Part shown: in pieces, positions 40,461-52,400 of the stretch
How the letters are laid out: each line of letters starts with the position of its first letter
Position numbering within the stretch: position 1 is the first letter of the stretch
Assembly (NCBI GenBank): GCA_963924565.1
Contig: OZ004610.1
Coordinates: forward strand, 6,634,001 to 6,698,000
Direction: 5' to 3'
Length of the DNA: 64,000 nucleotides
Origin: Ascidiella aspersa
Taxonomy: Eukaryota
Notes under the pieces: model-generated
What the model was told of the DNA's origin: nothing
Database searches by the model: none
Seen by the model: the letters and a program-made list of their open reading frames with translations, nothing else
Made by a program: the position numbers and the translations under genes

Positions 40461-43400
40461 TGTTTTCTTTGTTTTATGTTATCATTATGGCTTGCCGATG
40501 TTTTCGATATCAAGGCGCTTGTAAGTCGTGAGACTTATAACTGTACATTTCAATTTCTGTTAATTTATACTATAAATGATTTTTTCAAATCCTTTCATCT
40601 GCCATATGCGTCACGTATCCACTGTTTTCGTCGTGGTTTTATGTAGTGGGATTCTGCAAAGCGTATTTTAGGCCACGACAAAAATAATGTGCCGAACACT
40701 GGTGTAGAAAATTCGCAATTTTCTTGAAGGGCATTAATTTGCAAAAGTAACTCGTGAAATGCAAGTATGGTGCAGGGTTACTCAAAGTCAGTTTTAGACC
40801 ATTATTTAGCGAGGTTATGCACAGCGTATTTCTCGTAATAGTAACGCATTTATAAAACGAAAATTAAGAAATCATCTCGACGACAGTGACATTATTTTTT
40901 TTAATATTAAAAATTTGTTTATTTTGTCGTTTGGATACTAGAGTGGGATTTTGCATGTTGACTAACTTACAGTGTACAGTGTACACGCTATCGTTAACAG
41001 TCCTTACGATTTCCGAATGTTAGTGATCGTTAGTTGTTCGTTTTCGATAGAGTTTTCGTTTGCTCAAGGCAGTCCGTGCTGAATGAAGGCTAGTACAAAG
41101 TCGTTTCTGATATAGCTTGCGGCTAGCTTGTCTTTTCCCAACATAGCGTAACTAGTGACCGACTGACATTGGTTCTTATACAGTTTCGCTTTTATGTTTA
41201 GAAGGGTTGCTGAGCCATCCCACGTGAAGTTTTTAACACGTAAGGCCAAGGTCTATCTGCTCTTTGTTTTATGTTTTTTAATGTTCATAGCAGTGGAGCT
41301 CATAATGCTTCAAGTGCTACTTCGATGTTTGTACATAAATGAAAAACTAGAATAATCTGTCATGATTTTTATAAGCTGGTTTGACAATGTGTGTATCATT
41401 TATATAGTGTATCATCTATAAATCAGCATTTATATAACAGTTAATGACATTTGTTATGTTAGGATTACAAATTAAATTAAGATGACTTGTCTGTGATATC
41501 ACGCAACATTAAATACAATTTAAGGTAAAAGTATTATAAGTCTAATATGTGCAGTTGGCCACCGTCAGGCTCTACTTAAAACTGCAAAACGTTTTTTTAC
41601 ATAGACGTGACCTTTTTTTTCATATTTAAAGGTATAGTTCGGAAGCAAATTAGAAGTTACCTTTATTTAAAAAATTAAACAGTTGTGAGATACCAATTTT
41701 ATGGGTAATAAGTTTACCAAATTAAAATTATGTGATTTTAACTGAATGATAGTGGCCTGCATACCAATTTAACCGTAAAAGAAAAATATTTTTTAATAAA
41801 GTTGTGTTGCTTTTTTGTCTCTGCATTTTGTTTTATTGGTTCATGTTTTGTAATCATCTATCAATGTGTTTAATTTGTTATTTTAAATACTGGTTGTGCT
41901 ATTTATGAGTAAACATGTTTTTTTTAAACATATCTTATTTTTGATTTGGTTTGTTTAGTCTGAATATTATAATGGTTTTAGCGAATAATTTAAGTTTATA
42001 TAATTGTGCTTTTAACTTCAAAACAATTTGAAAACACTTGACAAGGTTCTTTCTTGCAAGCAATGCTTGTAAGCCCTTTCAAAGTCAATATTGATGCAAA
42101 ATTTGTCAACTTAACTGATTGACCCTGTATTTTAATATGAATTGAACTAAAAACAGAACTATGTTTGTGTTAAGGTGAAAGTAGGCATCTAGTTGCATAT
42201 ATAAATGGAGCCCATAAAAAAACAACACAATTGCAAATATTGTGAAAAGTGTTTTCGAGACCGTCATGCTCTTTCATGTCATGAAAGAACCCATACTGGA
42301 GAAAAGCCGTTCGCTTGTAAATACTGTTCAAAGTGTTTTAGTGACAAAGGATATGTCACCAAACATGAAAGAATACACACTGGAGAAAAACCATTCACCT
42401 GCAATTATTGTGAAAAGTCTTTTCGCACCAGTGGAATGCTTTTGTCTCATAAGAGAATTCATACTGAAGAAAAGAAATACACCTGCAGTTACTGTTCAAA
42501 GTGCTTTCGTAACAAAGGACACCTTACCAAGCACGAGCGATTACACACTGGAGAAAAACCCTACACTTGCAAATTTTGTGAAAAAACCTTTCCTCACAAA
42601 AGTTATCTCACCATACATGAACAAATACACATAGAAAATAAACCTCATACTTGTAAATATTGCGAAAAGTGCTTTCATACCAAACAAAGACTTACCAACC
42701 ATGAAAGGATTCACACTGGAGAAAAACCTTACAGCTGCCGTTACTGTTCCAAGTGTTTTCGAATAAAGGAAAAGCTTGGCGTCCATGAACGAATACATAC
42801 AGGGGAAAAGCCATACGCTTGTAAATTTTGCAAAAAGTCTTTTCGTCATACAGCAAGTCTCACAACACATGAAAGAATTCACACTGGAGATAAACCTTAC
42901 ACTTGTGATTATTGTGAAAAGAGTTTTAATGGCAGTGGAGATCTCAACAAACATAAACGAATCCACACTGGGGAAAAGCCGCATACTTGTAGTTATTGCT
43001 CAAAAAGTTTTAGGACAACAGGTAGTCTCGTCAACCATGAACGAACGCACACTGGAGAAAAACCTTTCACCTGCAATTATTGCGGAAAGTCTTTTTCTAA
43101 TACAAGCGCCCTCACCCAGCATGAGCGAATCCACACTGGAGAAAAACCTTTCACTTGTAAATATTGTTCCAAGTGTTTTGGTTTCAAAAACATTCTTATC
43201 AAACATGAAAGAATACATACCGGAGAGAAACCCTACACTTGCGATCATTGCAAAAAAAGTTTTACTACCAGTTGGGCATTTACAAGTCATAAAAAAACCC
43301 ATAGCGAAGAAAAACCTTACACTTGCGGTAATTGTTTCAAGTGTTTTCGTGAGAAAGGAAGCCTTACCAGCCATGAGCGAATACACACTGGAGAAAAACC

Positions 43401-46400
43401 TTTCACTTGCAAATATTGTGAAAAGAGTTTCCGTCATAAAAGCTCTCTTACTATTCATGAACGAATCCACACCGGAGAAAAACCTTACTCTTGCAAATTT
43501 TGTGAAAAAAGTTTTTCTGATAAATCAGCGCTTAAAGGACATGAAAAAATACACACTGGAGAAAAACAGTTTGCTTGCGAATATTGTGAAAAGGTTTTTC
43601 GTAGAAAAGAACATGTTAAGTCGCATGAAAGAATCCACACAAGATGAAAGTATTCTCTTGCAAATATTATTTAAAGAGTTTTAGTAAAAGTGATTATGGC
43701 TGTGATAAAATGAAATATGTATTGTATATGCTAGTATGGAACACTTTTTTGTTTCTCATTTGCATTATTGGACAAAACCTATTGTATCACAATAAACGCA
43801 AAGTTATAATATTAATTAAAATAAAAACTTGGGTGAAAACTGTTTGCGCTGATGTGATGAAAATAAGTTAGAGAGCGATACTCCAGTTTTGACAAATCAA
43901 TCCGTTACCAATGTAACTTTGTCCTGACCTCAATAAAAGTCAGCAGCTAAGTTTGTGTGTCTATATTTTATTGTGCTTTTGTCCTTAAAAATTATGTCAC
44001 CCACAAATATTTTTGTTTTCAAACTAGTTTTATCGCACTTGCCACTTTCTCTGACACCAAAGCTGCCGTTTTAACAATAAAAATCTCACCCAAAACAAGG
44101 TAAAGCTAAGTTTAGCTATTATAATTTGTGTGAAGTTCAGCAAGTTTTTGCTTCCGGGTTGCTTTTTAGGAGATTTTCTTGTATGCCGCTGGAGTTTTAT
44201 TTTTAACTGAACTTCAAGTCGTCAGAACGTGACTTCAGTTCCAAATTACATTTGATGTCAATTAGGAGGTTCTAGACCAGGGGGCAACCAACGACCAGCG
44301 GGAAGGAATTGACCCGCGACCTCGTTTTCGAACTAGGTATCAGGCAATGCACTAATTTTAATTTTTTTGGCTTTATACAGCCAAAAGAGTTTTTCGAACT
44401 TTACGCGAATCTTATTTGACTTATCGCTTTTTGGGGGGAATCGTTTCTTCATGTAAAAAGGTTATTACTTTGCGGATTTTATATATAACATTACATCGAA
44501 ATTATATCAGCGCCATTTCAATAAACACAAACACGTACTTAAACCTAAGTCATTTAAGTTCAAGTCAAGTCATTTGTCCAATGGTCTTAAGACAATGACT
44601 AAAGTGCACCAAAGTCATTGTAACACTGGTATGCAACGCAACACGCATTATGAAAACTGCTAAGCTAAAATGGATTGCAAAGAGAACACGCAGTGTCAAG
44701 AAAACTGGAGGTTAGGTTAGGAAAGCCAAACTAAATGATATCCCCAGTGACAACATAGTACGCTGATTAGCTTTTCTGCTGCAAGACTGCCCCCAAGCGG
44801 CAGGCGCCGATCCAGGATTTTTGTTTTGGGAGACCATGAGTATTTTTAGTAGATGACGTCACAAGTTACATTTAAACGTTAAGTCTTATGTAAGTAGCCT
44901 TGAGAACATCACACAGTTCGTATTTAGGTTGACGGGAAACGAATCCATCTACGTAATGTACCTTTTGTATACTTACATAACATAAGGTACATTACGTAGA
45001 TGTGTTCGTTTCGCGCAAATAAAAAATGTATATCGGAGACTACTTAGCTGCTTAGATTCACCGACCAAGGACTGGTTAACAAGAAAATCTCATCCAACAA
45101 TGTTAACGGCAAAATAAACTTTTTCAGGTAACATTTAAACAAAATTACCACTACACTACACCGGCCTATATTTTATAAATATTAAAAAAGGTTACAGTAA
45201 GCACGGATCTGTAATGTAGAGTGCTAATAAATTGCAAAGCCAAAACGGTTGAGTGAATCGACATCATCTTGATTATTAAGACGTTTCGATTTGAGCTTGT
45301 ATCATCTTCAGTTAATGTGACTGAGAAGTAATTCAAGCATCACTTATCAAAGGCGAGCTACTCGACCTTTTTGGCTTTGTAATTCATTAGCAAGTTTAAA
45401 AAAAGAAAATAAAACAAAAATAATATTTCAAATTAACCATTTCAAATTGAAATCGCACGAAATTTTTTACAGGTCACTAAGAAAATTAAAAAATACTTTA
45501 ATATATAAAGAAAAGACAAACGTATTCAAGCCTGTTAGGTGATAAAGAAAAAAATGCCTTTGTTATTTTAACCAAATCTTCGTATTCATTGTCTTTATAT
45601 AAGGTTTTACAAGTCTAGGCGTTATAGTACTGTTATCGTGCTAAAGAGTGTGTTTGTTTTTCGCACTCACTTCTAGTTCAAAACACGTAAAGCAAAAAAG
45701 GTTCTTGGAGGTTTTTCTTTTTACAACTCTGCTCGCTGTTAATTAAATTCAGTATCAAGAAATTAAAGAGCAATTGATTCGATAAATGAGATCTAAGCTA
45801 GACTGGAATTGTGTTGTACTAGTATTTCAGTGATACCTGTTATTTTAACTAATAGGAATCCACGATAAATGCGGGCTAGATCGTATTTTTTTTACCAGGA
45901 TTTTCGCATTGAAGATATCCACAAATACAATAACCTACATTACGCCTATTTTTAGATGGCGTCAGAAAAAATTAAAGATAGCTAGTAGAATTTTCGTGTT
46001 TCATTCTTTAGTCAGTTAGACTGAAGCGCTACGGAAAAAATCGTTAAATTTTTACAAGTATAAATACTACTATGGGTTATCGTCGATTTAAACTGGATGC
46101 CCATATTTGTTGCAACTAGTTAGCGTCGTTGGAAAACTGTGGTCTCGGCCCCCTTGGGGGCCACGGAGCGGTCATTGGGGGGGCCACTGGCATAACTCTG
46201 TAAGTATAGGTTTTACAAAACCAAAGCACCACTTCGTTCGTAATTTGCAAGTTTACTTAAATGTGTTATTTTAATTATGATTGTAAAACTTTCTTGTAAC
46301 GTTCGTAACAAATTTTTCTGACACGTTCTTTGACGCGTCTGTAGGCATGTTTAAAGTATAATATTGGATTCCTTCTATCACGAAAAGTTACGCTTATTCG

Positions 46401-49400
46401 AACGTTCGTCATTGGCAAGTTTGGATAAAGGCCGATCACTATGGCTAAACATTTACTTTGCAGCTTTATATGAAGTAGTGCGGAGCCAGCTTTTTTTCAT
46501 GCGGCCTGTTACTTTCTGATAACCTTCGCCTAATCATAAAGTGTGCGTCGAATGTTGTTGGACAAGCAACTAATGTGTAGCCCAGTGATCGGCAAACTGT
46601 GGGCCACAGAGTCATATTTGATGGGTCCAGAGTTACTGTTGAATTGCTTAGTGTTATTATGTTGTTGTGGGTCGTGTGATAGCCCTACATTTGTTGCAAC
46701 GTATTTCAAAAGTTGGTGTGTCTAAGAATTTTTATATTGTCTCAGTGTGGTTTAGGCCCGCGTGCCAAATGTGTCTCTGAGAGTGCCGGTCAAGCTATAT
46801 TTTTTTCCAAGTTCTATGTGAACGCAAAAATTTTGTCGCGCTTCGCGCGTTACCTGTTTTCTTTGTTTATGTTATCATTATGGCTTGCCGATGTTTTCGA
46901 TATCAAGGCGCTTGTAAGTCGTGAGACTTATAACTGTACATTTCAACTTCTGTTAATTTATACTATAAATGATTTTTTCGAATCATTTCATCTGCCATAT
47001 GCGTTACGTATCCACTGTTTTCGTAGTGGTTTTATGTAGTGGGATTCTGCAAAGCGTATTTTAGGCCACCACAAAAATAATGTGCCGAACACTGGTGTAG
47101 AAAATTCGCAATTTTCTTGAAGGGCATTAATTTGCAAAAGTAACTCGTGAAATGCAAGTATGGTGCAGAGTTACTCAAAGTCAGTTTAAGGCCATTATTT
47201 AGCGAGGTTATGCACAGCGTATTTCTCGTAATAGTAACGCATTTATAAAACGAAAATTAAGAAATCATCTCGACGACAGTGACAGTATTTTTTTTTAATA
47301 TTAAAAATTTGTTTATTTTGTCGTTTGGATACTAGAGTGGGATTTTGCATGTTGACTAACTTACAGTGTTCAGTGTACACGCTATCGTTAACAGTCCTTA
47401 CGATTTCCGAATGTTAGTGATCGTTAGTGGTTCGTTTTCGATAAGGGTTATCGTTAAGAGTTTACGATAGAGTTTTCGTTCGCTCAAGGCAGTCCGTGCT
47501 GAATGAAGGCTAGTACAAAGTCGTTTCTGATATAGCTTGCGGCTAGCTTGTCTTTTCCCAACAGAGCGTAACTAGTGACCGACTGACATTGGTTCTTATA
47601 CAGTTTCGCTTTTATGTTTAGAAGGGTTGCTGAACCATCCCACGTGAAGTTTTTAACACGTAAGGCCAAGGTCTATCTGCTCTTTGTTTTATGTTTTTTA
47701 ATGTTCATAGCAGTGGAGCTCATAATGCTTCAAATGCTACTTCGATGTTTGTACATAAATGAAAAACTAGAATAATCTGTCATGATTTTTATAAGCTGGT
47801 TTGACAATGTGTGTATCATTTATATAGTGTATCATCTATAAATCAGCATGTATATAACAGTTAATGACATTTGTTATGTTAGTATTACCAATTAAATTAA
47901 GATGACTTGTCTGTGATATCACGCAACATCAAATACAATTTAAGGTAAAAGTATTATAAGTCTTAAATGTGCAGTTGGCCACCGTCAGGCTCTACTTAAA
48001 ACTGCAAAACGTTTTTTTACATAGACGTGACCTTTTGTTTAATATTTAAAGGTATAGTTCGGAAGCAAATTAGAAGTTACCTTTATTAAAAAATTAAACA
48101 GTTGTGAGATATCAATTTTATGGGTAATAAGTTTACCAAATTAAAATTATGTGATTTTAACTGAATGATAGTGGCCTGCATACCAATTTAACCGTAAAAG
48201 AAAAATATTTTTTAATAAAGTTGTGTTGCTTTTTTGTCTCTGCATTTTGTTTTATTGGTTCATGTTTTGTAATCATCTATCAATGTGTTTAATTTGTTAT
48301 TTTAAATACTGGTTGTGCTATTTATGAGTAAACATGTTTTTTTTAAACATATCTTATTTTTGATTTGGTTTGTTTAGTCTGAATATTATAATGGTTTTAG
48401 CGAATAATTTAAGTTTATATAATTGTGCTTTTAACTTCAAAACAATTTGAAAACACTTGACAAGGTTCTTTCTTGCAAGCAATGCTTGTAAGCCCTTTCA
48501 AAGTCATTATTGATGCAAAATTTGTCAACTTAACTGATTGACCCTGTATTTTAACATGAATTGAACTAAAAACAGAACTATGTTTGTGTTAAGGTGAAAG
48601 TAGGCATCTAGTTGCATATATAAATGGAGCCCATAAAAAAACAACACAATTGCAAATATTGTGAAAAGTGTTTTCGAGACCGTCATGCTCTTTCATGTCA
48701 TGAAAGAACCCATACTGGAGAAAAGCCGTTCCCTTGTAAATACTGTTCAAAGTGTTTTAGTAAAAAAGGATCTGTCACTGAACATGAAAGAATACACACT
48801 GGAGAAAAACCATTCACCTGCAATTATTGTGAAAAGTCTTTTCGCACCAGTGGAATGCTTTTGTCCCATAAGAGAATTCATACTGAAGAAAAGAAATACA
48901 CCTGCAGTTACTGTTCAAAGTGCTTTCGTGACAAAGGATACCTTATCAAGCACGAGCGATTACACACTGGAGAAAAACCCTACACGTGCAAATTTTGTGA
49001 AAAAACCTTTCCTCACAAAAGTTATCTCACCAAACATGAAAGAATTCACACTGGAGATAAACCTTACACTTGTGATTACTGTGAAAAGAGTTTTAATGAC
49101 AGTGGGGATCTTAACAAACATAAACGAATCCACACTGGGGAAAAGCCACATACTTGTAGTTATTGCTCAAAAAGTTTTAGGACAACAGGTAGTCTCGTCA
49201 AACATAAACGAATCCACACTGGGGAAAAGCCACATACTTGTAGTTATTGCTCAAAAAGTTTTAGTACCACAGGAAACCTTGTCACTCATGAACAAACGCA
49301 CACTGGAGAAAAACCTTTTGCCTGCATTTATTGCAAAAAATATTTTCGTCAGAAAAGGGTTCTTGTCATGCATGAGCGAATCCACACTGGAGAAAAACCT

Positions 49401-52400
49401 TTCACTTGTAAATATTGTTCCAAGTGTTTTCGTTCCAAAACCAATCTTATCAAACATGAAAGAATACATACCGGAGAGAAACCCTACACTTGCGATCATT
49501 GCAAAAAAAGTTTTACTACCAGTTGGGCATTTACAAGTCATAAAAAAACCCATAGCGAAGAAAAACCTTACACTTGCAGTTATTGTTTCAAGTGTTTTCG
49601 TCAAAAGGGAAACCTTACCAACCATGAGCGAATACATACTGGAGAAAAACCTTTCACTTGCAAATATTGTGAAAAGAGTTTCCGTCATAAAATCTCTTTT
49701 ACTATTCATGAACGAATCCACACTGGAGAAAAACCTTACTCTTGCAAATTTTGTGAAAAAAAGTTTTCCAGTAACTCAGCGCTTAAACAACATGAAAAAA
49801 TACACACTGGAGAAAAACGTTTTGCTTGCAAATATTGTGAAAAGGTTTTTCGTAGAAGTGGCCATGTTAAATCGCATGAAAGAATCCACACCAGATAAAC
49901 TTCTCTCTTGCAAATATTGTTAAAATAGCTATAGGACAAGTGATTATGGCTATGATTAATCAAAATAAATATGTATTGCATATATTAGTATTGCACAATA
50001 GTTTGTAGTCAAGATTACAATTTGCATTATTATACAAAACCTATTGTATCACAATAACCGCCAACCATATATTATTCCTTACAATAAAAAATTTGGTGAA
50101 AACTGTTTTCTGCAGATGTGTTGAAGATTTGTTAGAGAACGATAGTTTACCGCTAACCAAATAAACAGCCTTTTTTGCTGTTTGGCTTGTTTAGGTTTGC
50201 AAACAAATTTAATAGTTTTTTTGTTATGGTCTGCGAGACCTTGCTGCGTTTGGTTCTGGCCCGCGGCCGGGAATACAGTGGGTGTCACGAACACAAATAA
50301 AATTCCTGCTATATCAGGTTGTACTTCGCTTTTCATTCAGGTTCTATTCAGAAGTGTTAACATAAAGTTTACATTTGAGTTGGTTTTATTTTAAGTTTTA
50401 CACGGGCACATGTTTTCCCTTGCAACTTTTCATGTTGAATGACCTACCTTATCTGCGTTTTTTTAAGAAATCAGAGCTACGTAATGTTTTTGAAACACAT
50501 GTACTGGGATGATTGTTTCAAAATTTTTGGGTTTAGTTTGAATTAAAGGTATAATTTTGATGCTTTAGTGCTACTAGACTTTGTTCGTATCTAAGCTTAG
50601 ATCGTCATTGCGATTGTCTTAAATAAATAACAATTCTCCGATTGAGTATAAATAAATATGTGTGCGTTTTGAAAGTTTAGACGTAGTCCGATATTATTAG
50701 GCTTGAACATCATTTACTTAAAGTGCATACGTCGTTTACTATAAATTACTTAACCCAGCCCTATTTGATACAAAGCATCGATAAGCCATTATAAGAGATT
50801 ATTCAAAACTTCAGCAGTTCGACATTTTTTAAACCATGAAAAAAACGTAAATTTTATTATTAATAAAATTACGAATAAAAAACTGAATGAAACGAAGTAT
50901 AAAACGACCATTTATATTTGTGTATCGGCATATTTTCTATTTTTAAAGCCGAATATCCCTCAGAAGTTCACACAGAAAGGTAACAATACCAAAAAGTGAA
51001 ACATAGTCGGGGCTTTTTCGTCATATTTACAATGATAGATGACATTGACATACCTTGCACGTAAAAGGACATAATTCACGAATGTTTAGCATGTTTCATC
51101 TTTGTGCACTCCGAAAAGCAACTACTGGGGGACAAACTACTCAATATTCGTGGTTTTATACTTCCAGTATAAACACGTCGGGACCTAGATAAAACAAGTG
51201 GTATACGGGTTCCGCTGCGATTTTGCAGAAAGCTCGATTCTGTTTTTATCAAACGAATGAAGGATTTATTCGTTACAATTGGGCCAAAGTTAAATTAAGC
51301 CAAAAGTTTCCGTTTGTTTTCGGATGTTAATTTGCACAGGTTACGCTAAATACTTTCCCATAGCAGACGTGCACACCCGCAACTTAAGGTCCATTCCGAT
51401 TCAGCTCTATAGGTGGTAAGAGAATTGTTGTTTGGATTTGCTCGTAAACCGGTTTGGTGGGGTTGTACTATAGAGAATAAATACTTTCAATATTTCGGTT
51501 CAAGACGATCGCGGCGTTGTTGTGCTACCGTAACGGCTTTCTTTATTTCGGTCATATATTTTGAAATCATATTCGTTTAGTAAGTAACATATAACCAAAG
51601 CCGCTGTGCGTTCTATATTCGGGTAAATATAATTACTATTCTGTCTTTAAGAGAATCAATTATTTCAAATTTACTAATCAAAACATATTGTGTTATATGT
51701 ATAAATGATCACTATTAATTATCACCAAACCAGAGGTTTCCATCGCTCTTCGGCATTACATGGCCACAGAACCTTTGTAGTAAGTCTTTTTGTGGTACAA
51801 ACTTCGAACTATTTACTCAGACCCAGCACTTCTACACTAAATTGTAACAAAAAATACGTTGGAACTAAATCCGTGAGAATTGTACTCCAATCACTGTATC
51901 TTCAAAAATCTTCTTCGAATATGTTATGGTGCCATTCTTTTTACTAAAAGAATATAACGTGGCCTTTTGTCACGAACACAAACAATGTGCCCTCTATTTT
52001 GGCACTACTTCGACGCTTTCCAGTCTAGATATCCAGAAATGCTTTCAGGAAATTAACTTTCAGTGAGCTTCTGAAGCACATAAAAGCACACGAGTTTTCA
52101 CTGCCACGTTTAATATAGAATGACCTGCTTTAACACACTAACACAGACAACACAGTAAACATCACGCCACGTTTAGGGCATTATGACGTAACACGAACGC
52201 CTATAGTCAAAGCAAAACAACAAGTTTAACGCCTAAGGAAAGAATGTTACATACAATCGTTAGAAACTAATTTGTGACACTTCTATATTATTTAATCACC
52301 TTTAACGGACTCCATCGCTCTTCGACAGTACCTGGCCTCGATTGAGAAGTCGTTGTGTGAACCGAGCGTCGACCACGGCACCCTCGACCCTTCCTCTGTG

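Larger units (their letters stand above)
37921..50145 (+). repeat. Tandem segmental duplication, period ~5.6-6.4 kb: stub 37921-38687, unit 1 ~38715-44275, unit 2 ~45147-50145, with an ~0.85-kb insert between units
   Basis: Kilobases of near-identical sequence, e.g. ORF-track peptides 40143 vs 46543 and 41064 vs 47484. The two ZNF ATGs are offset by 6419 bp. Confidence 0.95.

Noticed and set aside
40143-41249. Short ORFs conserved between the two duplicate units (40143/46543, 41064/47484)
   Set aside because: Conservation reflects recent duplication; they overlap MITE or non-coding DNA.
48661-49923. 420-codon overlapping +1-frame ORF (also 42776-43684 and antisense ORFs) across the ZNF genes
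   Set aside because: Shadow frames are expected in C2H2 arrays because few NTA/NTG codons precede purines. It starts at GTG and is broken in the paralog.
52298-52328. U12-like branch CCTTTAAC before the exon-24 acceptor
   Set aside because: The donor GTAGAC at 36719 is not U12-type; a short match is insufficient.
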